The position numbers and the translations under genes were made by a program. The notes under the pieces are model-generated. The model did not search any database and was not told the origin of the DNA. It saw only the letters and a list, made by a program, of their open reading frames with translations. From positions 1,483,647-1,547,646 of the forward strand of contig NW_003526943.1 of the NCBI RefSeq assembly GCF_000181795.1: a stretch of DNA of 64,000 bases. Reading direction: 5' to 3'. The stretch is from Trichinella spiralis (Eukaryota). Below are positions 51,117 through 64,000 of the stretch, one piece after another (positions within the stretch are counted from its first letter, which is position 1; the number at the start of each line of letters is the position of its first letter).

Positions 51117-52409
51117 AAAATGTTAGCATACTGAAGATGAAAGCAAGTTTAAAATATACATTTTATACTAGATGCAGAACAGTAACGATGTAGTTATTCA
51201 TGCCTATTGAATCTGTTTCACTGATATTAAAGTAAAATATATGATATGACTTTAACAGAGTTATTAGGTTTATCAAGCAGTTTATTACAGCTAAATTACT
51301 GTGTTAATTTAATTTAATTTCATTTAATATGTTATCATTACTTCACATTAAAATTTCTGCTACCTGTTTTGCTAAGTTATTTAAAATAAATGCATTTGAA
51401 TAAGCAAGAATTTTGAAATTTTGCAAGAACTATTACTTCTTTCCTAATCATAAAAAAGCTTGAAAAAATCAGTTTAAATAATTTTTTATATTTCTGCACG
51501 TGTTGGGATTTTGAATCGTATTTTTTAAATTTGATATAAATTTTAATTCAAACCACAACTTTAACAGAAATCATTAATTGTCATACTTATCAAAATAATA
51601 ATACTAAAATAGCAAAAACAGAAAATGATTAAACTCTAAAATAAAAAAATGCGTTATCATCTAAACATAAATAAAATAAAATTTAATTTAAATTCTATTA
51701 ATATACTATTTGTAAAAATTTATATCTCAATAAAACAATGTGCTATGCTGTAGCTATATTATTTGTGAAGTGAAGCAACTGCTTATCTTTAGTAAGAAAA
51801 AGAAAAGTCAACCAAAAAAACTATAAATTTGCATGTTGCATAAAATTAAAATTACATTTACTGCTTACGCTCTTTCTAGTGCAATCAGAGTATTACATTA
51901 TTTACTATCCTGCTGTTTCAAAACATTTGTCAAATTTATAACAAATAAAAATATTGATTATGCTTTGAATGTAACAGCATCTGATATCAAAGAAAAAATA
52001 AAATGAAATGGAATTCACAGAATTAAAAATAAGTCCTCAAACACTTATATTAATTTATTTGTATGTAATATAGTAATTTCTTATTAGCATGATAAAAACA
52101 GGGCCATTTGTTATCAAATGTCCGCATTTTTCACAAATATGGTCCACAGAAGATCGTTTTAGCTCAGTATGCAGCCACTCTGTCCACTAAATGACCTGGT
52201 CATTAAACAGTGACGTGAAAAGTCTTTTGGGTCACTCGTATGGATCGTTTATTGTCAACCTGAATTCCTGCTAACAGCATTACTACTGATGTGCCCTGGT
52301 CCGCCAGTGACCGTTACCAATCAACAAGCAATAGAAACTAATTTATTTAATATAAATTGTAACGAAAACATTGCACAATTGCCACATCGTAAATTTTGAC
52401 AAGCAAACC

Positions 52410-53567
52410 ATGGCTTATGACGACTGTGAAAAGCTTGTAGCTCAACATGCAAGTATGCGTCGTGTTGCATTTTTTGGTGTAGTAATAAGCACCATTGCCG
52501 TGGTTGCTTCTGTGATCACTTTGCCAATGGTCTACAGTTATGTGCAAACGTTGCAGTCTTATATGTTAAACGAGATCGAATTCTGCAAATTACGTTCAAG
52601 AGATATGTGGAGTGAAATTGTCACTATACAATCTACGCAGCCGGTATCCAGGCAAAGACGTGAATGGCTATTTGGGCAGTGGTTGAATGCTGCATCCGGT
52701 GCTCAAAATTATGGAACTTATTCGCAGTCTGGCTATAGTCAACCAGTCCACCAAGAAAGTGGTTATGGAGCTGCACCACCTCCACAAGAAAGTTACGTTG
52801 AAGAGCCAGCTCCGGTTGCTTTACCTACAGTAACCGTGATCAAAGAATGTAATTTCAATAAATTGATGCTTGAAATACGCATCTGAAGACGTTCTCCATT
52901 TTATTACAGGCTGCACTTGCCATCAAGGACCTCCAGGACCACCGGGATCACCTGGAGATGATGGTACAGACGGATTGGATGGATTGGATGGTGCTCCAGG
53001 AAAACCCGGACGTGATGGCGTCGTACTACCTCCAGAAGGGCCTGTTCCAGAACCATGCCAAATTTGCATGCCTGGACCTATTGGTGCGCCAGGAGCAGTT
53101 GGTGTTAAAGGTCCACCGGGTCCAAAAGGTAAACCTGGTGCACCAGGTCTTGATGGACAGCCAGGCATGCGTGGTCTGGTCGGAACTGAGGGCCCTCAAG
53201 GTCTTCCCGGTGATTGTGGTCCTAAAGGCCCTAAAGGCGATGCTGGAAAAATTTACGATGTAAGTCATTACATATTACACAAATGACACTTTTATACAAC
53301 TGATTGTTTTTCATGCATCTTTAGGTTCAAGGTCCTCCCGGTGAGCCTGGACCAAGAGGAGAAGATGGACCGAAAGGTCTTAGAGGCTTTCCAGGTCCAG
53401 ATGGAGTTCCAGGAATTAAAGGTCCACCAGGAGATCAAGGCGAACTTGGACTTCCTGGTCAGCAAGGTCCAACTGGTCCAGCAGGCCCAATGGGCAATGA
53501 AGGTCCAAGAGGTCCAACCGGTAGTTGCGAACATTGTCCAGTTCCTCGTACAGCTCCCGGTTATTAA
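52410..53567 (+). CDS. Nematode cuticle collagen; exons 52410-52848, 52910-53259, 53325-53567
   Basis: Cuticle-collagen N-terminal domain ([31 protein letters not shown]...[13 protein letters not shown]), RQRR processing site, [13 protein letters not shown], Gly-X-Y blocks and C-terminal [13 protein letters not shown]. Confidence 0.97.
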
Positions 53568-54495
53568 AGTGAAGAAAAAAATTATTTTAAAATATAAAAC
53601 TGCTGTATTATGATATTTAAATTTGAGTAAACAAGCTGAATTACTGGATTTAATGAAAAAAAATCATTTCAATTAACAGATTCATTCAAATAATGGACTG
53701 CTACAGCTTTTCCACAGATGCCATTATGAAAATTTATACAACTGCATGAAAAACGCCAGAAAAGGCTAACAAACAAATATGCTATCATAAGAACATGTAT
53801 TACTAAAATGAATGAAATAATACTTAATTCAAAAAAATTTTAAGTTACATAAAATGCCGGGCAAATTTCAGTCAAATGCACATATTTATGCGCATTACTT
53901 AAAAATAATATTCCTTTCAAATTTGAAAATGGCTGTAAGCTATTCAATTTGAAAATAGGATTATAATAGCCAGACAACTTCTAATTAATTCCTCAACGAT
54001 GATAAGATTTTGAAATTCAAATAATATTTTTGAATCTGTTCACAAACACGAAGAAAATTCAAAAATATAAAAAAGCAAACATAATGCATTTAATATACTG
54101 CTTTGCTTAAGCATATTAATTTATCTGTTTCAGCAGCAATTGGTAGAGTAGTTTTACTGTAATGCAAAAATAATTTTTAAAATAAATTTGCAATTTTAAT
54201 ATAAAAATTGAATTTTATAGTAAATAATTTAATGCACAATGAATAATTTTTATCAAATCTTGCAAAATTATTATTCCCGGTTAAATAATTCTGGTTACCG
54301 CTTACAGTAATCCTTGCAAAAAGTTTTGTTGTTCCTAAACAATTACATAAATTTAAAAAACAAAGTTTATTTAACTAAAATAAAATTTTTTATTATATTT
54401 TACGTTTATACTAAATGATTTCAGATGAATATTAAACTTGTAAAACATGATTTTTCAAAGCTTACTGTAGTTTATTTTCATTTGAAAAAGTAAAG

Positions 54496-57400
54496 ATGTC
54501 GCTTCTTTGCACTAGTAAGTTGATAATTATTTTATACTAATTTAAATTAAAGTAATAAGGTAATGAATTTAAAGTTTTGTAACTATTTTTACAAGCACTC
54601 TAGGTATGTGCTTGTATTTGTGAGTAGTTCTTTCATTTGTTTTGTTAACTTGCTTCATTTAAACATCAAGAGTATTGTTTTTTATAAGTTTAAAATATTA
54701 ATGAATACTTTTGTATATAATTAATTTATTTTGAATTGAATTATTAAGAAGTTTCTCTATTTCTTTAACTGCGGTTTGTGAATATGAATGGCAGTAAATC
54801 TGAATGGTAAAGTACCAAATGTATTGATGCTGAAATGGTAGTTCTGAAACTGTTTTTTAATTCATTTCAAGCATTTTTATACATTTATTAATGTAAAACA
54901 CCAAATGATGATTTTTTTTAACTTATTTACTTTATTTGATTTGAGAATTTTCGAAGTCTAATTTTTACACATACTGTAGATTTTTTGTTCGATTTTTGTT
55001 GTTTACTTAGTATTATATATATATATTTGTTTAAATGCATATTTAATTGAAAGGAAATAATTTATTTTTATTGAAAAATAAGTCTAAATAAAATTGAAAT
55101 TTGCTAATGCATTATTTTGATATTTAAGTATCTTTGATAATTTACTTATTAAATACCAGAATTGAATTGCTTAGATAATCAAGAATGATAATTTATTAAC
55201 TTTTAAACAGTTAGTAATGAAATTCCTGAAGTTCCCGTTCTTTCACCCGTTAGTGGTCGCATTTACGAGAAGCGGTTGATTGAAAAATATATTGCGGAAA
55301 ATGGTACTGATCCAGTCAATGGAGAAGCGCTTACTGTGGAACAACTGATCGAAATTAAAAGTTAGTTTTTATTTTTCTGCGTTACTTCAGCGACTATATT
55401 GTTAAACTGAGAATGTTTAGCTGAACCAGTATTTCAACCTAGACCGCCAAATGCATCTAGCATTCCTGGTATTTTGCGCATGCTTCAGGATGAATGGGAT
55501 GCAGTTATGTTACACAGCTTCAACCTTCGTGAGCAGCTTCTCACTTCGAGACAAGGTTTAATAATTGAGTTTATTTATGAGTTGTTAGAGAATTTTATTT
55601 TATTTTATTCAGAACTATCTCAATGTGCTTATAACTTCGATGCGGCATGCCGAGTCATTTCACGCTTGACAAAAGAAGTGACTGCTTCTCGGGAAGGTAT
55701 TATCACAGTTATTGTCGAGAATGCACACAATGGTGATTTATTTCAATTTCAGCATTGGCAACTCTGAAGCCGCATACGACGATTACTTCTGTGAAATCCG
55801 GAGTATTTTTTAAATTATTCGCAAAACTCTTTTTTTTCTTATTATTTATTTAATGTTGCTTAGGCATTAGGTGAGGATATGGAGACTGACGAATCAGTTG
55901 AAGAAATAGGAATTACTGCTGAAATTATGCAAAAAGTATATGTAGACTGTTGACTTGTTTTCGTCAGTTTTGGTAATATTTGAATTCGTTTGTTTTCAGC
56001 TTCAAGACAAGGCTTCTATACTTACTAAAGCGAGAAAGCAGGTTGAAATGTTATTTTTTAATTGGTTTTTTGATTTAAAAAATTGTTTATTTGTTAGCGT
56101 GGCAAAACTGTATCTGAAGAAGTTCTCAAAGCAGACGATATCAGATGTTACAAACAGAAATCAATGCATATTGTATATTTTTAGCTGCTTATTTTGGTGT
56201 TGATTTGCAATGAAGACGTTTTTTCAGGGTTTGCACAGCGCTACTGCACCGGGAATAACCTGCTTGGATGTATTCATTCCTGATCCGCATTCAGTTGTTA
56301 CCGGAGGCAATGATCATTCAGTTGTCACTTTCAACTGTGCTACAGAAGATGTTACTGCTGTTTTGAAAGGTCATAAGAAGAAAGTGACGAAAGTTTTATA
56401 CCATCCTGTCGATGTAATGGTTTTTTCAAATTATGATTTATTTATTTGCTGTTTCATTTTGGATGTTGATTTTATTTTATTTTAAAGTCAAACATCGTAT
56501 TGAGCAGTAGCTGTGATACAACAGTGCGCGTTTGGTCTGTTGGATCCCAGTCGACCACGCATGTGCTTCGTTCACATTCTTCACCTGTAACTGGAATCAG
56601 CATTCACGCTACTGGAGATTACGTGCTAAGTATATCTTCTGACGAAGTGAGTAGTTTTGTCGTGTGACGAATTTTTATTTAATAATTCATTTTATAGAAA
56701 TGGATTTTCTCCGACATCTTCACTGGACAAACAATATGTTCAGTGGCTGATTCAGAGCCGCCATCGCAAGGTCGGATTCTGATGTGCTTGTTGTTGTTGT
56801 TTAAAATAATCATTTGCTTCATTTTAGGCATGACAGCGTGTCAATTTCATCCAGATGGATTGATTTTTGGCGTTGGAAATAACGCTGCAGCGATCAAAAT
56901 TTGGGATATGAAAGAGCAGTCGAACGTGGCCAATTTTCCAGGACACGCAGGCGCTGTACGTGCATTGTCTTTCTCTGAAAATGGATACTATTTAGCATCA
57001 GTAGCTGATGACAGTATGATCAAGTTGTGGGATTTGAGAAAGTTGAAAAATTTCAAAACTATCGCTTTGGATGACAGTTTTCAAGTATGTGTGTTGTTTC
57101 AGTGCGATGTGAATGAATGGTTTTGCTGTTTTTAATCTTGTCTTGTTTATAGCCTCAAGATGTCTGTTTCGATCAAAGTGGCAGTTATTTAGCTGTGGCA
57201 GGCACTGAAATAAAGTAAGTTAAATCATTTTTTAAAGAAAATTTAAATACATGCTATTATATGTTTTTTGTGATATTTTTAAATAAAAGCTTTATTCTTC
57301 TTGAACAGTGCGTTTCAAATGGATCAGCAAGTTAATCTGTGTTAATTATGTTGATGCGTCAGCAGGGATTTCGTGCTGAATTGTAGAGGTTCTGCTGGTG

Positions 57401-57750
57401 ACGTGTTATCATATTAATTAATAATGCCCAGGTGTAGATTTATTTGCTGCACTAACTTTGATTAAATGTTGTTGGTTGTATTCGATTACAGAAAATTGTT
57501 GCCATCAGTTAATTAAACATTTAATAATAATAATAAGAGAAAGTTTTGTTTGATAATTTTCAAAATTTAGTTTTATTATTTATGTTTATTTCTTATTTTC
57601 AGAGTTTTCCAGAGTAAACAGTGGGTTTGTTTATGCGATCTTACAGACCATTCGGACATTGTGACAGGCGTTCGTTTTGGCAAGAATGCAGAATTTTTAA
57701 TTTCCAGCAGTTTTGATCGGTCCATTCGTGAATATCGTCCTGAACAATAA
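54496..57750 (+). CDS. PRPF19: Pre-mRNA-processing factor 19 (U-box, coiled coil, WD40), multi-exon
   Basis: [41 protein letters not shown] (U-box), [68 protein letters not shown] and [12 protein letters not shown]. Confidence 0.97.
57325..57449 (+). ncRNA. Candidate structured intronic RNA (pre-miRNA-like or other long hairpin) in the last intron of prp-19
   Basis: Three nested complementary arm pairs read by eye: 57325-57339 with 57435-57449, 57347-57360 with 57400-57413, and 57361-57375 with 57382-57396. Many pairs are G-U, which favours the + strand. RNA class not determined. Confidence 0.4.
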
Positions 57751-59316
57751 TTATTCAGTATACCATGTGGAATATTTAAAATTGCTTAGGGTAACTGAAT
57801 TTACATGATTTAAAAGTGTTTCATTTCTTTTTTTTATATCAATTGAAGCAAACTACTAAGATTCTGAATGTCTTGCTGAACAATAATGCAATATACAAAT
57901 TATATATTTCTTTATCGTATTCCCAAAAAAAACAACAGCGAAGAATATTATCATTTCAAAGCAAAGTTTTGAAAAATAAAAGAGAAAATAGCATTATTGA
58001 ACGTATATTATCTTATGGTGTATATTCATGATGCTTTTATTTTTGAAAATAAGTTTAAATAATGTTAATTTTTTTCTGAAATTCAACAATTAGCAAATAT
58101 GAAATGTTATTATAAACTGTTCGCATGTAAAATTGGATAAATTATCTGCCATGTATTGGCAAAGAATAGCTTAAGTCAATCAACGAAAAAAAACCAATAA
58201 AAATGTCGAACCAATTAGAGAATGTTTTATTCACTTTTCAGTTATAAGATGTTTTAAAAAAATAATTTATTTTACAAATTATTAGATGCAAAATATTATT
58301 GAGCAGTCTTATTTTTAACAAAAGTGCAAAAAATTCAATTTATGCACAAAATGTTGAAATGGCATAAAAGTAGTTGCTGAAAGTCATTTGATGGGATTGC
58401 ATGAAAACAATCAATAATAAAATAATTAATATAGAAGAAAGCGTTGGATAACGCACGGCATGTGCTGAAGTGAATTTTTTCTTTGTTCAATGAGCAAAAA
58501 CGAAGTGAATCGTAAGTACATTTTGAAAGGGCTTTTTTTCATGCAACATCAAATTAAAATTTAATTTAATCCCTTTAGATTCGTGAGCAGCGAAAAATTC
58601 TGTTCGAAATATCAAGTAATTTATATGTTCATTTCAAAAAATTTCAATGATAATAAATTTATTATAATTTTATTTAAGCGTTATAAAAAATAATTGAACA
58701 ATGTATAAGTAGATGAATTTAAAAATGAAATACATATATACATCAATAGAATTATTTCACTAGTGGCAAGATTTGCACGTAATAATAAGACGTCAGCTTT
58801 TGAGAAGATTAAATTAAAATCTGAAATTCATCGAACAATTGATACGACAAGGATATATAAATACAGATTGCTAATTATTCATTTGGAATGATAAATAATT
58901 GCTTTACCTGTGATTATACGTAAGATAACTTGCCTAGACGTCTACGCACAGCAGTTAGCCATGTTCGCTTCACTGGTTAGTCGATTTTAATTTATTTGGT
59001 GCGGCAAAAGTTAATAATTTAAAAATACAAACTGCATTTTAAAAAATGTACACAAATATGTGTATGTATGATAGTTTGAGAAGCGAACAATTTCAAAACA
59101 ACCACAACACTATGCTATTGGTGGGCACTGGTAACGAGTGATGGAGTGGCAGTCTGACAATAATGGACCAAAACTGACAGCACAGCTAGTCTAATTATAA
59201 AGTAAGGATAAATTTTCAAAAAATTTACAATTTAAATTGATAATATTTTTAATATTTGGTCAAATGATTTTTTGATTTCAAATAAGCATTGAATTTTAGC
59301 ATAAAATATTTTTAAA

Positions 59317-61713
59317 ATGATCCCAAATGAAACCTATCAGAACGACACTTCAGAATTCAAAAATTCACTACAAACTGATCTGCAGTATTGTTTGGCGATC
59401 TTTGGAACTCTCGCTTCAGTTATAAATTTCATTTTTTTGTGCTTTCTCAAAAAAGCTGTTTCAATCAAGAACAAAAAATTTGTTTTTGGTGAGTATCATT
59501 TTTTCTTTGATATTATTCCTCTATGTTTGCTTGTTTAGTTATTTTAATCTTTGAATTGTGTAATGTCGAATTTCTTCTATTGTTAAACCTTCTATAATTT
59601 AAAAAACATTAATTATTGCAAATGTAAAGTCATACTGCTCATTTGTCGGTATGTTGCTCAAGACAGGCTTATTAAAATTTTTGAATTAGATGATACTGAT
59701 AAATTAATTTGAAAGCAACTTTTTGTCGATATAAATCAGAAGTGGATTTTAGTTGAACATTTAATAAAGTCAAGTGATCTTCATTTCAGTTATGCATATT
59801 GAAAACGTTCGTCAAAGTGTTTTTTTATTTTAACTATCATATCTTCAATAATTAAATAATTAACAAAATTTTAAAACTTTATTCAAACTTTGTAAGAAAC
59901 ACTGTATAATATTAGAGCATGTTAAAAAACGGCATCATGTTATTCTTTATTTTAATAAGTTTTGGGCAATTTTTCTTTACATTACATAAGTTTAATTAAT
60001 TGAATAAAATTAAATGTTTTTTTCTTCATATTTTAATTCAAAGTATTATTGTCCTTTTGTAGAACACACAGAATTAGAAGCTGGTGCATTTATAATAAGA
60101 TTACATCTTTTGAAATTGCAGTGTTTAATCCACTTGCAAGTTTTACCATCACAAGGGATGCACATGTTTTGTTTCACTTCTCTTCCTTAAGATAATTATC
60201 ATTGCAACACTTAATGTGGACGTTTTTGCAACTTTCAAAATTGTTCCAAACATATAGTACCATTTCCACTAAAGTATATCTGTAAAATCGGTACATTAAT
60301 TATTTTTTAGAGTTTGATTTCTATTGATGTTTTACAATATTAATTTTTTAAATATATTTAATTATATCCTTCAACAAGCTGCTGCATGTGCACTGTTATG
60401 ACTAAAATTATACATAATTATTGCATACTTTCGTGTAAAAAGGATTAATTTAAAATTTCCATTATAAAAATTATATTAATGCCATTATGCAAATTATATT
60501 AATTTGTTCACAAATCAAACTGTGAAAGATGTAAATGCAAAATTGAAATTGCAGTGTTTCATTAACTTCTGAAAATTTTTAAAATTCAATAAATACGAAA
60601 TTGAATTTCAACAAGTAAAAAATTTAATCATTGTTTTGCGTCAATGGTTTCGTGTTTTAAAAATTATTTGTTTAAAAAATGTATGCAATTATGTTTTAAC
60701 GTATTTCTTGAATGCCGTAATTTAATAAAATTAATTGCATTAATTCGGTGAAACGCTTCTTAATGTGCAGAAGGTGACACGAAACAAAATTGCATGCATA
60801 GTAAGCAAAATATTAAAAATAAAATTTTTTTAATTTTTTTCGCGCTGTAAAACTATATGCTTGAATAATTATTTGCTTTAAATCGAAACTTTTTTCAACT
60901 TCCCATTCTACTGTACGTGTGCATTATTTAATAGCATACTCCTTTGGCTGCATGCTTACGGGTATTGGCTTTGCAATTGCTAATGCAGATCGCATTCGAT
61001 TGGCGAACAAATCGGAAGAGATACTGCCAATATACTGCTTTTTGAAAATGTATACTTACTGTTTTATTGTTGGTGAATCATTGATCAGTATTCAGTGCTT
61101 TGTGATGGCAATGGAACGATTTATGGCTGTAAAAATGGCAATTAACCTTAAAAAAGTGCCAGAGCGAATAAAAAATGCTCTACTCTGGGGGTCAATTATT
61201 TTATGCATTTTTGATTTGTGTTTTGCTATTGCAAGTTCTGCTCCGCTTACAGACAAAGTGAACAGCACTTGTTATTACCGCACGTCAGTTTCGAAAACAT
61301 ATTTTTTATTGCGTTATAGTATATGCGTCATTCTCGGTTATTCCAGCTTTGCATTATATGTAGTTGTAGCTGTGATTTTACGAGTGAATCGTTCTTCAAT
61401 TAACTCTATCCGTATCAGCCAGCTCAGACGTGAAGCGTCTGTAATGCGCCATTTATTCATAATTGTCTTTATAATTGTTTTTGTTCAAAATCTTCCAATT
61501 ACTTTACATTTGCTGGCAGTTACTTTTCAACCGTCTTTGTTCATAATACCAGAAATTATTTGGACGCCTTATGCTTTCGCTTTGATGATTTACGCCTTGT
61601 ATTGTTTTGGCGTGCATTTCTGTAGAAGGAACAATCTCGTCTTTACATCTTCAAATAATGCAAACACACAAGTCGTTAATATGCAAGGTACATCGAATGT
61701 TCCGGAAACTTGA
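59317..61713 (+). CDS. Seven-transmembrane GPCR-like (chemoreceptor-type) protein; exons 59317-59488 and 60935-61713
   Basis: N-glycosylation sequons (NET, NDT) before TM1, about seven hydrophobic segments, a DRY-like AMERF at the end of TM3, and extracellular Cys in PIYCF and STCYY. A phase-1 GT-AG intron joins the exons. Confidence 0.8.
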
Positions 61714-62329
61714 AAAGCAAAAATAATGAAGCTTGGAAAAAGAATGAATTCAACTGAATACAACAAGAACATGAAAGCAGGAATTAATGCCCAAGTAAGA
61801 TTACAATTTAAAATTGCATTAGTTCGTAAAACATACTCTTTCTCACAATTTATAGATCTACATGGTATTTTATTTAACTTTGACGAAGTTCATCGCAAAA
61901 TGGAAACTATTTCACATGACTAATGACATGCCGAATAACCCCTATCAAAATCTGCATGAACAAAGCAAATGATTCATTAAATAATTAAGATGCTGCCTTT
62001 GAATTCACTTTAATCACTAAAGTGAAATGCGTTGTTCATAATTTAAATAATTTAGAAATAAATGGCTTTAAATTGTCGTTTATTTTCTAGTTAAAACAAT
62101 AGAATAAAAGCGTTTATTTGTAACTTGTCTATTGATGTCACTTTCCGTAAACTATCCGGCAGATTTATCAAATCAGCAATAGTTTTATTAAATCACCCTA
62201 CAGCACAGCAACAGACATGTGTCCTCTTTTGCCAATTTTTTTGCCCTTTTATTTCCAAATTTACCCTATGGTCTAGCGGCTGACGCCTGCTACATTCAAC
62301 CTTCAAACAACATTGCAATCATCCTTTCC

Positions 62330-62830
62330 ATTTGTTATTGACCCCTGATTGTTCCATCAATTTCTATGAGCGCCAACTACATTGTGAACAGTAGATGTCA
62401 TTTCAGAAATTACGTAAAAATTCGCTATAATATATTGCTACTTTTCAGTTATTTATGTATTTCTCTAGCATTAGTCATTGTGTTGCTTCTTCGACTTCGT
62501 TCCACTTCAGTAAATGCGATCCGTAATCCTCAACTGAAACATGAAGTGATCATCTCTCGTCAGACATTAGTCACTGCGGTGTTGGTTGCATTCTCACAAA
62601 ATCTACTCACAGTGTTAAATTTGACAAGCATTCATTTATGGAAAGTACAAACCTATGAAGATTTATTTTGGCTTCCACATTGCATACTGCTGTCAAATTA
62701 TGTGCCTTATTGGGCTGGTCCATTATTATATTATTGGTTTATTGGAAATGATGTCTCCCTTCAATTGGAATATAATAATAATAATAATAATAATAACTTG
62801 CAAGCAACAAATTTTGAACCGATTCTGTAA
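62330..62830 (+). pseudogene. Truncated or decayed paralog of the adjacent 7TM receptor (TM5-7 only)
   Basis: VNSRCHF, LRLRSTSVNAIRNPQLKHE, FSQNL and FWLP align with VNSTCYY, LRVNRSSINSIRISQLRRE, FVQNL and IWTP of the neighbour. I found no intact TM1-4 coding sequence upstream. It contains an (AAT)n poly-Asn tract. Confidence 0.6.
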
Positions 62831-62922
62831 ACGGAATTGCCATTCATCATATCGGTATATGAATTTGAAAAAAAAATAATACTTATTCTTTTATAAAATA
62901 GTGCAGCTTTACTTAGCTCATT

Positions 62923-63913
62923 TTATTCGAATAACGGCAAAAAGCGGCGACGAACCAAGCATTCAATCAAACAGTAAACAATGTGACAAATGTAAAGCGA
63001 AGGATAAAACACGCTAACTGGCATCCAATCGTGTACAAGTGGTGGCTTTGCCCGAAAGCTACCCATGATCAAGATTGGAAAGAAAAATCCAAATATACAA
63101 CTGTTGACGAAAACGGAAGATGCCCAGGTAGTGAGCAAGCTGAGTGCCAACCCGAAGCCAACAAAATAAGGCCAGGATCGCTGTATCATCTTCAACCGAA
63201 CGCTGAACGTGACACCCTGACTTACCCAAACATACTCAAAAGCGTACATCGAGTAGAGAAGAGCAAGATGCATACAGCTGAGAATTTTGCTCACGCCTGG
63301 CAGCGGCACCAAACCGACCAAATAAGTTTGCAACAAGAACAAAAATTCAACTGCCATCGAAAGCAAAAAATCCGCTACATAAGAACTGTAAGATATTGAA
63401 GACGACGAAATGCCCACTGGTCGACGCTTGATCATTATGGCCTGGGCAATGTCTTGGCACCAGAACAGATTGATTATTCGAGTGATGAAAAACATTGGAA
63501 TTACCCAAGAAATTTGCAAAATAAAATACAACATCTCGGACGGAAAGCCGGACCAGCCGAACAAACGAAAACTGATCCAATTGATTATTGGAAAAATTAT
63601 ATAATGCAACAGAATAATGCAAAGCAGGTTCAAACCGGCCGACTGTACAATACGACGACCGAGCACCGACTTGCCGGAGCGTACTTTGTTCGAACTGGGC
63701 GCCGACCTCTGCTTCACTATGGAACGGCGGCGTGCCAAGACCGACATGTGCGTCCGGTCGGCATTCGACCGCTCTGCCGTGTTGCAGCTAACCAAACACT
63801 CCTGACCCCACACTGTCCAATTTGGAAAAGCTGAAACTGAATCTGTCAAACCTCGACCGAAGGCGCAAAATGCGCTCACTATTTCCGTATTCAAAGGCAA
63901 GCGTGTGGATTCA
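62923..63913 (-). CDS. EI24: Etoposide-induced protein 2.4 (EI24/EPG-4 autophagy membrane protein); large terminal exon, start probably beyond the window
   Basis: FGRGLTDS, LN..., WVIPMFFITRIINLFWCQDIA, HLALLYSMYAFEY.W and RLKMIQRSWPYFVGFGL match the EI24 family. Acceptor ttttttcag at 63914-63922. Confidence 0.9.
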
Positions 63914-64000
63914 CTGAAAAAAAATACATCACAAAGCAAACTTTGTTTTTTTCTCAATAAAAACAAACTCTGAAGAATATACTTTTTTTCGCCGAACAAA

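Noticed and set aside
52923..53613. Alternative-frame and antisense ORFs over the collagen
   Set aside because: By-products of the Gly-X-Y codon periodicity.
57425..57440. GCCCAGG as part of an SRP (7SL) RNA
   Set aside because: It lacks the GGAA tetraloop helix and Alu domain, and the structured region is too short.
62983..63834. + strand ORFs overlapping EI24
   Set aside because: Antisense shadows of a GC-richer exon with no recognisable features.
1..64000. Prokaryotic systems (CRISPR arrays, operons, rRNA or tRNA genes) and the many short I/F/L/K-rich ORFs in the track
   Set aside because: The sequence is eukaryotic with spliceosomal introns. I saw no repeat-spacer array or rRNA/tRNA signature, and the short ORFs have the composition of random AT-rich intron or intergenic DNA.

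Overview
AT-rich, intron-containing eukaryotic DNA. A nematode cuticle collagen, many short GT-AG introns and the secreted PAN-domain expansion point to a clade I parasitic nematode, most likely Trichinella (inference). I reconstructed spliced gene models by hand. From left to right: a DUSP15/22-type phosphatase with an RMDN/PTPIP51-like gene nested on the same strand inside one of its introns; a divergent KANSL3; a GC-rich, nearly intronless ACSL; a 7-exon secreted PDGF/VEGF factor with VEGF-C/D-like cysteine repeats; a 131-aa orphan secreted protein; a 25-kb tandem array of five secreted PAN/Apple genes (4, 5, 5, 3 and 1 domains, 18 in total, one domain per exon); two inverted defective piggyBac copies; a Tigger/pogo relic; a cuticle collagen; PRP19 with a long hairpin in its last intron; a 7TM receptor with a decayed paralog; and EI24 (partial). 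The most notable items are the ~35-kb block made only of secreted-protein genes (16.0-51.1 kb), the modular exon grammar of the PAN array, the nested DUSP/RMDN pair with twin 12-nt start exons, and the prp-19 intronic fold-back. All splice models and family assignments come from reading the sequence and recalling motifs; no search or folding program was run.
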